A stretch of DNA of 64,000 bases. It comes from the human T2T-CHM13v2.0 reference genome, Homo sapiens. The stretch lies in assembly GCF_009914755.1 (NCBI RefSeq), contig NC_060929.1. One strand, 5' to 3'. Positions 13,101 to 26,699 of the stretch are shown here, piece after piece (within the stretch, counting starts at the first letter, position 1; each line of letters opens with the position of its first letter). Below the pieces are notes generated by a model that was not told the DNA's origin, searched no databases, and saw only the letters and a program-made list of their open reading frames with translations. A program made the position numbers and the translations under genes.

Positions 13101-14766
13101 TATGGAGATAAATAAATTTATAGAATTGAATGCTATATAGCATTTTAAATAAGTGACATCAATTTCCAATCATTTGGAATTTAGTCCTATTTTCAAAACA
13201 AAAGTTTATTTTATTGAAAATGATAAAATATTTGGCATATACAATTGAGGGGTTGTGGGGCATTGATTAGAAAAGCATAAATTAATTGAGAAAAGTAAGG
13301 TATAATTCTTAATGTGAATTTTGAGACTTTACAAAGGATATGCAAATTGATAACATATCCACCAGTGAAAATTTGCCACTTCACTTTATGTCTTTCTCAA
13401 GCATTTAGTCCCTAATTTTGTCATGAATCTGTTTGACATTGCTAATATACAGCATATTTTTGTATGCATGTGTGTATATGAGATTATACAAATATAAATA
13501 TAAGAAAGGTATAGTATATGTAATATAACATATATGTATGTATAAAATATATGTAACAATGTTTTGTCTCTTATTACAAACTTGCAGATAAATTTTTTAC
13601 TCCCCAGTTCCTATATTTTAACTTGTGCTGATAATCCTTGTATTTTTTTTTCCTTAGACTCTCTGGGCTTTCTTTAGGTTTGCCCAACCTAGTTAAGATA
13701 TCCACTGAATTTTATACTTCAGTGTGCATCAGGTTAGGGTGATGTAGGCTGTGGTTAATGGAAAACATGAATCACATAGCTTGCATTAAAAAATGTCTAG
13801 AGGTAGTATAGCCTCTGGGATTGGTGTGTTATGCATTTCAGTTCATGTCTTCAATATCCACTTTCCATTTCTCTGCTTTGTCATCTACGTATCTTTATAA
13901 TTTCAATGATAGCCCAATATTTAATATATAATACATACTAGTATACAATGTAATATGATATTATATCTAATATATAGGCAGAATAACCATGTACAACATA
14001 CTTCAGTAGAAGAAAATAAACTTGTTTTCCTGTTAGAATAAGGGAATTTTTTTTATCATATCTCCTTGCACCAAATTGTCGTGTATTCCCATTCATGAAC
14101 TAAATCATTAGCCATGTACTGGGATTTTCCTTTTACCAGTGAGGTCCATCCTTGGAAGGTGGGGTATTTAACTGAAGTATTTAACTAAGTAGTGGCATAA
14201 TGAATACTTGAAAATTTAAAGTAGAATTCTTTTTGAAAAAAAAAAGGGAAAAATAGTGCTTACAAAAAAACCCAAAATTGTTGTGTTATTAAAGGCTAAC
14301 TGAGGTCTTTGAACTCCTACATTCTGAACCGTTTAATTTTTCCATTCTGTTTCCAATTTTGGAAACATTATTATTTTTCCAGTTTTCTTTTACATAGTGT
14401 CCTACATTTCTTTATATTTCATTTATTCACTTTAATTTTTAAATACACTTTTTTTCTTTGCTTTTGCTTCGTATTTGCTTCATGTTTCATTTTTCATGGT
14501 TTTTTTTCCAGTTTTAAAAATTTAATTCATCTTGTGCATGGTTAATTTCTCTCTAGTTCAATAAATTCTAGGTAATAAAAATGATGCAACAAGTGTGTTA
14601 TAAAATTTGGATTAGTAATTCATTTTAGTTAAGTCACGTTAAAGGTTTGGGTTACTAGTTTATTATCCTTTGTTTTCCTCTCAAACAGTCAAGAGTAGGC
14701 ATCTCCTCTTCTTTTTTGAGGGATGAGCAGTGTGCCTCCGTCTTGGTTTCTTGTACGGACCACGTT

Positions 14767-15400
14767 TGTCAAAGACAAAGAACAAAACTGGACACTTAAA
14801 GTGGTGAGAGCAGATTTTATTCAGTGATACGCTATTGCAATAGGGAACTGGGTTCATCATGAACTGAAAACTTCAATTTGTACAGAGACGACTGGGGATT
14901 TTAAGGAGAGAATGAGGGAATAGGAAGGAGGCATAGCAGGGGCTTAGAGCAGAGAAAGAGAAGTGGACATTTTCAAAAAGTAGAAAGGAGGCCTGTGTGT
15001 GGGACTAGGCCACCGGGGTTTGCTAATTGGTACTTATCAAAATTCGGCTCCTCCCCTCCCACAGAGATGGAGGTGGGCCCTATCTGCAAGTGCTGACTAG
15101 AACAGTTAATTCTTTTGGCAGACTTGAGCTTTCTTAAGAAGGTATTTTAAGAAGGGCTGAGGTCATACTGGGGTGTGGCCTAGAGCTGTTATAAACTACG
15201 TGTGTGTTTGTCTCCGGTGTGTCTGTGTGTGTGTGTGCGCGCGCATGGGAGCACACGTGTGCGTGGCGGGGATTGGGTTGTGGATGAAATTATTTGCAAT
15301 GACATTCTGCAGTTTTTACAGACCAGGGCTGAGGCTTAATCAAGAAGAGGGCTCATGGGAGTTTGACTGCAGTTTGGTCAGGGAGAAAGTTTTTATCAAC
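14767..15400 (-). mobile_element. ERV1-like solo LTR
   Basis: Begins tgtcaaagac with reverse polyA-like cagattttattca; GC-richer LTR-like body; internal (TG)n/CG run. Confidence 0.55.
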
Positions 15401-17369
15401 TATCCGAGAGATTCGGCAATTCTGCTTTCCACAGCAAAGCCACATTCCTCTTCCCAATGTAGGAATTAAACTCTCAGCAGTTATCTACTAAGTCAAATTT
15501 GGAAGCACCATCTCCAGTGACTTTGTACAGTTAGGTCAAATTTATTCTTCTAGCTTGGCTTTTTCTCTTCCTTTCTGGTTCTTTGTTTGCAGTTTTCCTT
15601 TCTTTTAAAATTGTCCAATGAGTGTTTAAAAATGTATGTTGTTTTAAAGTTGAATTTCTCTAAAAATTCGAAAAGGGTACTTTAATTCTGTAAAATTCAT
15701 CAAAATTTAAAATGTGTAAAATAGTATTATATTGCCAGGGGAATGATGAAAAGGTTATTAAAAGTTTTCTTAAGTAACCAATGAAGCATTTTCCAACTCT
15801 AATATTTACCAATAAGTTGCATAATTAGTGTCTGGACAATGTGATTTCTATTCAAGACATATTTATTAAAATTCTATTTTATTTCCAATAATAGTGTAAT
15901 ACATGAACAACACAAATTGGAGTCGAAATATGATATTGTCACGATTGATTGAAGATAGCCAAATGAGTTAATCTCTGTTGCTCTAATACAGCAGAATCTT
16001 CAGTTATTTCTGTTAGTGTCATAAGGATTTTAACTCCTGTATAATAATGGAAAGAACAGTAGACAAATATAAAGCTATGTATTTGTGTGAAAATGTAAAA
16101 GGAAAATTGTTAACTAACAATTCTATGGTAATTCTTGAGTAGTTTGGAATAACGAAAATCTTGTCTTAAAGTATGTCTTACTCTGTCAATCACATATACT
16201 CTAATTTGCATATATATAATATATTCCTTATGGTTTAGAAAGCACCTAAACTACATTTGAAGAATTTGAAGTCACAATTTAAACTCTAATTAAGGGCTTT
16301 GAACTCCTACATTCTGTGTGGTTTAATATTTCCATTCCTGATTTTATATCTCTTACATATTCCATTTACTACATAATGAAACTAAAATTTTCATAGAGTA
16401 TAACATGCCCTCTGAATTGTGAGTTGCATTTCCATAGTATGTATGAATCTTGACTGACTCAGAGGCAAATTCTTGTTACCAAAAACGATACTTGTGGCAA
16501 TTTTCTACATTTTTTCCCTGGATCCCCAGCCTGCAAATTACTTGAAAATATTTAACTCAAGTGATTGGAACCAAAACTAATTACGCAAATATGATTGCCT
16601 GAAATTAAACCAAGTGTTTTATTGTCAGATTTCTGAAAACAGTGCCATAATATGTTGGAGAGAAAGACGTATACCTGAAGCACCCAGACCTGTGTAATAT
16701 AAATTAAATTTTAAATGAATTTCTGTTTGAAAAATCCTAAGTGCCTCCTTAGATACTAAGGCATGGGTAGGATAAAAGACTCACTTATACAAATCATTAC
16801 ATATTTAGGGCATTATACTAAAGGGCCAATCATATGGACAGTTGCAAAATATGGTCCCTTTTCCTAATGCATTTATAATCCACTGGGGATATTGGAGATT
16901 TAGCTAAACTATATCATGTTTAATGCTAGGTTCCAAATTAGCCTTTTAAATAAAAAGAGAAGTAGGCAGACAGAAATAGAAATGAATGCCAAGCTATAGA
17001 TGTGGTCAGGAAGTCTTACAAGAGCAACTAGAAGCTAGACTGGAATTTAATGAAGAAAAGACAGGTTTCAGGTCAAAGATCATAAACTTATATGTCCATG
17101 TGAGTCAGTCAATAACAAGTGGAAGCAATATCCTGAGTATGTGAAGGACAATACACATGTCCTAAGCGGGAAACAAATACTCAACTTGAGTGGATTAAGA
17201 AGGAAAGTGGACACAAAGGTAGTAGATATCACAATGTTATGAGAATTAGCTGGATTATATGTTAAATATCCAAATTTTAAACTATTGACAGGTAATGACA
17301 ATTTTAAAAAAACAACAAACACACACTAGACAGAACAAAATAGTAATCTATAGTTAAGTGTACTGTTGC

Positions 17370-17940
17370 TGTCAGAGGCGTGTGAACCAGAGCAACTCTG
17401 TCTTAAATAGGAGCTGGGTAAAATGAGGCTGAAACCTACTGGACTGCATTCCCAGACAGTTCGAGCATTCTAAGTCACAGGATGAGATAGGAGATCAACA
17501 CAAAATACAGGTCATAAAGACCTTGCTGATAAAACAGTTTGCAGTAAAGAAGCCAGCCAAAACCCATGAAAACGAAGATGGCGATGAGAGTGACCCCTGG
17601 TTGTCCTCACTGCTACAATCACACCACTGCCATGACAGTTTACAAATGCCATGGCAATGTCAAGAAGCTACTCTGTATGGTCTGAAAAGAAGAGACATGA
17701 ATAATCTACCCCTTGTTTAGCATACCATCAAGAAATAACTATAAAAATGTGCAACCACCAGCCCCCAGGGCCTGTCTATGGAGTAGCCATTTCTTTTATT
17801 CCTTTACTTTCTTGATAAACTTGCTTTCACTTTGCACTGTGGACTCACCCTGAATTCTTTCTCACACAAAATTCAAGAACCCTTTCGTGGAGACAAGAAC
17901 CCTCTCTTGGAGTCTGGATTGGGACCCCTTTCCTAGAACA
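17370..17940 (+). mobile_element. MER41A solo LTR
   Basis: tgtcagaggcgtgtgaaccagagcaactc...tcctagaaca; TG...CA ends; 4-bp TSD ttgc; lacks the MER41B GAS segment. Confidence 0.9.
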
Positions 17941-18305
17941 TTGCCACCGCTATGAAACATCAAATTTAAATATATAACTCCTTAGAGGAGAATGGAGATT
18001 ACTATTTCAAGTACAGTGCTATTATTGTTTCAGGTATTCTGAACACTGGAGAAATAATGTAAGCCTACATATTTGGAGCAAAAAAAAGTATCCATTTTGC
18101 TAGATAGGTATTGTGGTGAGAATAAAATAAGTTTTCAGTATAATTGTTTAAATGAGTGTTTAATGTTGATGTTTCATTGGCCTCTGCAGTGAATAGAACT
18201 CATAATTGATGGGAGTAGCTAAGACTAAAAATAATCATCTTATAGAAAATAATGTTACACAAAAAATCATCTTACAGAAAATAATCATCTTACAGAAAAC
18301 ATCTA

Positions 18306-18620
<315 letters not shown>

Positions 18621-20329
18621 AACAAGAAGACAACATTAGGAAAATATTACTTTAACAGAAAGCAAGTTATATATAAAATATCTAAAAATGTTCTGGTACA
18701 AATAAAAATTTATTAATTTTAAGAAAAAATGTTATAAATAATTTAATTTACAAATAAATATGGAACTACCTACAGAATCCTAAAATTTTTATGTATGTTG
18801 CACTGTACGTAAGAAAAACGTGTTAGTTTTAAAAAACATGTTTTTCCCTTTATTCTACTTAAAATCCATTGTTCAATCCTGAGTTGAAAAGAGAGAACCT
18901 CATTAAATATATGTAAATAAAACCTTTCAAAAGGATAGCATGACCTCTGCTCTTACCTATATGTCATAGTGATGAATAGGGTTGTCCATCCCCACACTTG
19001 TACCATCATCACTTATGTACTAACTTCTCTTTGGACTTCAAGGTTATTTTGCAGAAGAAATTTTGTGTTCTTGTTTCAAAACTGAAAACTTTTCCAGCCA
19101 GAGAAATATATTAACTTAAAATTTCTTATAGAGTTAACATGATTCCAGTCAGCAAGCAGCTGTCTGAAAAATAATTGAGAATTTACTCCCTAAGAATAAC
19201 CAAAAATACTCTTTTGGAATGAAGGTCTTCATTCTCCCATGCTTGCATTTTTCAATATGTATTACTCATAGAAGTTGTTACCCTAAAATATTCACATAAG
19301 TATGGATCAGGATTTTGGCAAATAGGTCCTATTTGATCCTATAAGAATCTTTCCCTTTATCCAAGTGATTAAAAGTTCAACTTCATTTCTTTTTCCTTTT
19401 TCTTCGTTTCATTTTTAGAGGGAATTGTGTGTGATATGTGCCACATCTCTGTTCTGAATTTAGCTGTTGTCACATTCAGGTTAATTACTTTGTACCATGG
19501 GTATCTTAATATCTAATGTTGAAATTAAGTTTATAGTATCATCTAAATTTTGATTCATGGAATAACTTGAGGGGATAAAGATTACATTAGAATCAAGTGT
19601 AGAAATTTTACCAAAAAATTCTTAGCAGTGAGGAAAAAAGGTCTTTTAAATAAAAAAGAGATGCTGGAGAGATACGCAAGAAAGTACTGTCACGAAATTC
19701 TCATGCTTGAATGTATATATAGTTATTTGTGAAGATGTCTATGACTAAAATGATGAACAAATTCATTGAAAATCAAGGTATATAGATATATATAATTTAA
19801 AAGGCAGAGAACAAATGGAAATCTTAGTGGAAAGTATCAAGAGTGGGAGATAGACCTCGATAATATTTATCTAAGATAATCTCCACATTAGGAATATGTC
19901 ATGAAAAGTCCCATAATTTTAATAGTTTAGGGATTAAGATAAATGTTGAAGTCATCGAAGAAAAAATAAGAAAAAGGAAGACTTTCAACTATTGTTCAGT
20001 ATAAACAATTGTTTCTCAAAGTTTGGAAAAGAATTTAAAATTACTTACTGTGTGAGTGGAAATAGCATCAGAGGAAATTTACTAGCCCAGGTGTAAATAC
20101 TTTCAATGTTCTGAGCAGAATCCAAAGCTAGTGCTAGCTAACAATTTATGAGATGCTTACAGGGGTTCAAGACTACAACTAAATGAGAGATTTGACCTTG
20201 CTCCCACTGTGAATTACACATGATCAAAAGTGGATAACTTGTATTAATGCAAAGTGACTTAGGTGGTTCAATTTCAGTTCATTTTATTAGTTGATAAAAA
20301 GAATAAAAATGTTCTTTGTGATAAAATCA

Positions 20330-23300
20330 GAAAGCAATAATTTTTTTCACAGTAACACAGGATCAAATTTTTAGAAATGAATTTTGCTATTGGCACACTG
20401 AACAGTTCCATGTCCCTAAAGATGAGCAGTTTGATTGAAAAGAAAGATGTCCAGGTGCAGAAATCTAATAACATTACTCAGCAACACTCTGCATCTATTC
20501 AGTAAGAGAAACTACTTCCAAAATAAAGAGCTCTTAAACGCCCATCAGGAAAACTCACAGAAATTCCAAATAATAAATTGAGCAGGTCTGAAAAAAATTA
20601 AAATGATTGGAATTATATAGAAAATTTACAGGTCACAACAGATCTGATTTAGAAATAAATAACAAAAATATCTGGAAATGCTCCAAATATTTGAAACTTA
20701 AAGACACACACGCACACACACACACACACACACACTCACACATGTACTTCTAAAACAGGAAATCACCGACTCAGAAAATATTTTGAACTAAAAAATAGTG
20801 ACAACACAATGGATCAAAATGTGTGAGTATAGTTAAAGCAATACACAGTAAGAACTTGCAGCTTTAGATGTTTTCCAAGATAAAGAAGAAAGATTTAAAT
20901 TAGTGGTCTAAGTTTCTACCTTTAGTAGCTACAAAAAGAAAATTAAACCCAAATAGGTAACAAAAGGAAATAATAAAGGTGGGAGTACAAAATAATATAA
21001 TAGACAGTGGAAAAACAAGAGAATAATCAATTAAACCAAAAGCTCATTTTTATTAAAAATATCAGTAAAATATATAATCTTTTAGATAGGATGACCAAGA
21101 ATGAGAAGACAGATTATAACAATTTCATGAATAAAAGAGTATATATCACTATAGATTATGAAAACTTTAAAAAGAATATTATGATAAATTATATGCAAAT
21201 GTATCTGAAAAATTAGATTGAAGGAACAAATATTTTGAAAGTCAAAAATGAGAAAATGAAATCTACTCACTCTTCAAAAACTTTTCAAGAAATAGAATAC
21301 TTAATTAGATCTGCATCTATTTTTTATGTAAAATTCATAATTAAAAGCCTTTTCCCAGAGAAAACCCAAAATTCAGACAGCTCCACTGGAGAATTCTCTC
21401 AGACATTTAAAACAAACCAAAAATAGTAACTTCAATCATGCACAAACATTTTCCAAAAATAGAAGAAGCAAGAATAGTTTCCAACTCATTTTTGTAAAAT
21501 GAAGCTAGCATAACTCTAATAATTAAATGAACTAAAGATACTGTAAGAAAACATATCTCTCATGAACATGGTCATAAATCCTTTACAAAATGAAAGCATT
21601 GTGTGTGTGTGTGTGTGTGTGTATGTGTGTGTGTGTGTGTGTGTGCACGCCTGCCTGCCTGACTGGATTTTTTCCTATCTCCTCTCTCAAAAGGATTTCC
21701 TATTCAACAAATGATGCTGGAACAAGTCCCTATCCATGTATGCAAAAAACAAACTTCAATCTTTGTCACATATTCAAACATTAATTTGGAATGAATCATA
21801 ACCTAAGTTAAAACTAAAACTCTTCAATTTCTAAAAGAACACATAGAAGAGGATATTTCCAAATTGGATGTAAGACATCTTTTACTTTGAACATATAAAA
21901 TCATTACCAATAATATAATAATGATAATAAAACTTACGATCTCTGAAAGATAGCATTAGAAAAATATCAAACCATAAACTGGGAGAAAATATTTCCCTGT
22001 GTGTATTTGACAGAGAAATTGCATCTTTCTGTTATCTATCATCTATATCTCTCTAAATCTTTATATCTCTACATCTAACAAAAACTAGCATATCAAAAGG
22101 AAGAAGACAAACACTCCCAAATGAAAAGAGACATGAATAGATACTTTACACAAAATGATATAAGAATAGCTAGCTGATCAGCATATGAAAAGATGTTCAA
22201 CATCATTAGTCATCAATAAAACACATATTAAATTCACAATAAGATATCACTACACATTCAACAAAATATCTAAATGTTAAAAGTTTAAAATACACAGTGA
22301 AGGATTTAGAGTAACCACAACATTCATATATTACTGATGGGAATATAAAATGTTAACAATTACTTTGGAAAATAAACAGCTTTAGAGTTTCTTATAGAGT
22401 TGCATACATTTGCCATAAAACCCAGAAATTCAACTCTTAATAATTTACCCATGAGAAATTAAAATAAATAGCTGTGTAAGGACTTGTATGCTAATATTCA
22501 TATATTTATTCATAGCTCCAAAGTAGAAACAACCTAAATGACCATCAACTGGTGAATGAGTAAACAAATTGTGAGTATATCTGTACAATTGTATACGACT
22601 CAGCAATAAAAAGCAATGAACTATTGTTTATGCAGCATGAATGAATATCAGATATGCTAAGTGTAAGATGCCAGGTATAAAGATTATATTCTGCAAGTTT
22701 CAAAGTTTGTGAAACTCTAGAAAAAACAAATCTAAGTGATGATGGTAAAACAGATCAATGGCTAACTTGAAGCACGTATTCTCTAGGAGAAGGGATGATG
22801 TTTTTCTAAGAAAGGGCACAAAGGAACTTTCCGGGCACTGGAAATATTTTATGACTTTATTGTGGGGCTAGTCACCTAGGTGTACATATTTGCCTTTTAT
22901 TGTATATATTTGATAATAAAGTTGATTAAAGTAAAAAACACATTACTATTGAAGTATGAAATGCAAAATCAAAATACTACAAAATTTAAAGCTGGTTATC
23001 CTTAAAGATTAATAAAACTGATAAATTCTAGCCAAGATAGCCAAGAATAAAATAGAGAATACACTAATTACTCATATTAGAAATGAAAGACTGGTCGTTG
23101 TTACTGATTTAATTGTCATTAAGTGGGTAAGTAACAATATGAACACCTCTTTGCCCACAAATTTGGAAACAGATAAAATGAGCTAACTCGTAGGAATGTT
23201 CAAACTATGAAAACTCACACATGAAAAAATAACCTGAATAAGATCATATTTATTAAAGAAATTAAAACAAAAGTAATACTCTTCCACAAAAGAAAGCTCC

Positions 23301-23360
23301 AAGACCAGATGATTTTTCACTAGTAAAGTCTAGCAAATGCTGGAGGAAGAAGTGTTGTTA
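20330..23360 (+). mobile_element. Old L1M fragments (ORF2 remnants and 3' UTR), with (CA)n at ~20703-20741 and (TG)n at 21600-21645
   Basis: Decayed ORF2 motifs (ttcaacaaatgatgctggaac; aaaagatgttcaacatcattagtcat), 3' end near 22915-22940, further ORF2 piece to ~23360. Confidence 0.75.
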
Positions 23361-24027
23361 CTGTCAACACTGAAGACAGCTGATACCGCATCAACAAATA
23401 ACATGGAACAAAGTGGAAGAAAATGGTGAATTATGTATGATAGCTAAAAAGAATAATTCATATGTGTTTATGAGTTTGTATGACCTGAGTCATACAAACC
23501 TGAAATATCAGATATATTGAGAGCCAAGAAAAATTATTCAATTTTAATATTGCCCCTTTTTATATAAATACATACAATAACTTATAAATTTTCACTTATA
23601 AATTACTTCCTTTGATCCTTATGTTAACCCTATGAAATGTTGTTATTTCAATTCTAAATATGAAACTCAAATATTCTGAGATTTATTCAAGGTTTTTAGG
23701 CTATTAAGCATTGAATAAATTCAATAATTTGAGCTCACAGTCTAGTTATTTTCCATTTTTCAATATTGTCACTACACCTAAACCCAAGTACTTAAATGCA
23801 TTCAGAAGTGACTCTTAGGAGATATTTCTACAGGTGTCAATCTATAGAATTACATTATATGTGTAATCTTAATATGCAGAAGCTGAGAATCTCTACATTT
23901 GCTGATTTACTGACTTCCTATTTTTCAACATGTTCGTTTATTGTCTTTCTACCTAAAATAAACAAAAGGAAAAAAAAAACACCTTTTCCTTTGCCTGCTA
24001 CTTTTTAATCTAAATTACTCATAAGAT

Positions 24028-25650
24028 AATGGCAAATACTGCCCAAAGTAATTTGTAGATTCAATGCTATTCCCATTAAACTACCACTGACATTCTTCAC
24101 AGAATTAGAAGAAACTATTTTACAATTCATATGGAATGAAAAAGAGCTCATATAGCCAAGACAATCCTAAGAAAAGGAAAAAGAACAAAGCTGGAAGCAT
24201 CACCTACCCAACTTCAAACTATACTACAAGGCTACAGTAACCAAAACAGCATGGTGCTGGTACAAAAACAGACATATAGACCAATGGAACAGAATAGAGA
24301 ACTCAGAAATAAGATAGCACATCTACAAACATCTGACCTTTGACAAAATGGATGACAACATCAATGAGGAAAAGATTGCCTTTTTAATAAGAGGTGTTGG
24401 GAGAACTGGCTAGCCATATGCAGAAAATTGAAACTGGACCACTTTCTTACACCTTATACAAGAATTAAGATAGATTAAAGACTTAAATGTAAAACCCAAA
24501 ACTATAAAAACTCTAGAAGAAAATTTAAGCAATACCATTCAGGACATAAGCACAGGCAAAGATTTCATGACAAAATCACCAAAAGCACTCGCAACTAAAG
24601 CAAAAATTGACAAATGAGATCTAATTAAACAAAAGAGCTTCTGCACAGCAAAAGAAACTTTCATCAAAATGAACAGGCAACCTACAAATTAGGAGAAAAT
24701 TTTTGCAATCTATCCATCTGACAAAGGTCTAATATCCAGAATCTACAAGGAACTTAAACAAATTTACAAGAAAAAAAAAAAACACTAAAAAGTGGGCAAA
24801 GGACATGAACAGACACACAGACACTTCTCAAAAAAAGACATTTGTGCGGCCAAAAAATATATGGAAAAAAAGCTCAGCATCACTGATCATCAGAGAAATG
24901 CAAATCAAAACCACAATGAGATACCATCTCATGCCAGTCAGAACGGTGATTATTTAAAAGTCGAGAATTAACAGATGCTCGTAAAGTTGTGGAGAAATAG
25001 GAATGCTTTTACACTCTTGGTGGGAATGTAAATTAGTTCAACCAGTGTGGAACAGTGTGGGGATTCCTCAAAGATCTAGAACCAGAAATACCATTTGACC
25101 CACCAATCCCATTACTGGCTATATACCCAAAGGAATATAAGGCATTCTATTATAAGAATATATGCACGCATATGTTCATTGCAGCACTATTCACAATAAC
25201 AAAGACATGGAATCTTTGTTATTGTGAATAACATATGCCCATGAATGATAGACAGGATAAAGAAAATGTAGTACATATACACACATATACTATGCAGCCA
25301 TAAAAAGGAATGAGATCATTTCCTTTGCAGGGACATAAATGGAGCTGGAAGCCATTATCCTCAGCAAACTAATGCAGGAACAGAAAACCAAGCACCACAT
25401 GTTCTCACTCATAAGTGGGAGCTGAACAATGAGAACCCATGGACACAGGGAGGGGAACACCACACACTGGGACCTGTCGGGGTGGGGTTGGGGGAGGGAG
25501 AGAATTAGGAAAGATAGCTAATGCATGCTGGGCTTAACACCTAGGTGATGGATTCATAGATGCAGGAAACCACGCCATGACACGTTTACCTATGCAACAA
25601 ACCTGCACGTCCCGCACGTGTACCCTGGAACTTAAAAATAATTTTTAAAA
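24028..25650 (+). mobile_element. 5'-truncated L1PA (mid-age) with ORF2 3' part and 3' UTR
   Basis: actgcccaaagtaatttgtagattcaatgctattccc...gtggagaaataggaatgctttt...tgtaccctggaacttaaaaata. Confidence 0.92.
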
Positions 25651-25653
25651 ATT

Positions 25654-25927
25654 GGCAGACTAGCCCGGTGACTCACACCTGTAATCCTAACACTTTGGGA
25701 AACCAAGGCAGTGGATTGCTTGAGCTCAGGAGTTCAAGACCATCCTGGGCAACATAGGGAGACCCTGTCTCTATAAAAATTACAGGTGGCATGCACCTGT
25801 AGGCCCAGCTATTTGGGAAGGTGAGTTGGGAGGTTGGCTTTAGCCCAGGAGGCAGAGGTTGCAGTGAGCTACTGTACATCAGCCTGGATGACAAAGCCAG
25901 ACTCCGACACACACACAAAGTAAAAAA
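25654..25927 (+). mobile_element. AluJ
   Basis: ggattgcttgagctcaggagttcaagacc...gggcaacatagggagaccc (J-type), diverged. Confidence 0.88.
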
Positions 25928-26699
25928 GAGATTGGCAAACAAAAAATATGCTATTGCATTCACAGGGCCTGTCCCTCCTTTTTATCCTGAGGTCTCTATA
26001 GCACCACCTATTTTCTTATTCCTTCTCCTCATCTTCTATGAAGCTAGAAAATTGTATCTCTAGTCCCAAAACTCTTCCCTGTTATGATCTGTTTATTTCA
26101 ATATAGTTCAACAAGTATGAATTGAGTGTGTACTATTCCAAGGTGCTCATTAATGTGTACATTGTACTCATTCCATTTCTATATTCCCTTCCTCCTCTTC
26201 CACCACTGCAATCTTGAGTCTTGAACCATTTACAACTTTCTCTGAAAAAGGAAGAAAACTTGAGTAGCTACTTAGATGAAAAATACTGCTACATTTTTGT
26301 CGACTAATTAATGACACTCAAGTACCTAATACAAATCTCATTTCTCTTTACTACTTCTGAGTGGCATTATATATGGAGTTTCACTTAAGGAATGCTATAT
26401 ATTTATAGTATTTTATTTACATATATTTTCTCACAATTAAAAAAAAAGTTGGCTCCCTTTTGATTCCTTTTAGCTTCTCTTTCTATTGCCCCTTTTCTCC
26501 TGCCCTCCTTTTCTTCCTTTTCTTCATTTTCCTTCTCCTCCTCCTTTTTCTTCTTTCCTTTGTCTATACATGCACCAGTTGCATAAAGGGGTTTATTGTT
26601 GTTATTCTTGATTTACAATGGTGAAGACAAAGACTAAAAAGAATGCTAAACTTAGTCCAATGTTATATCATCCTATCTCCATATGATACTTTCATCTTT

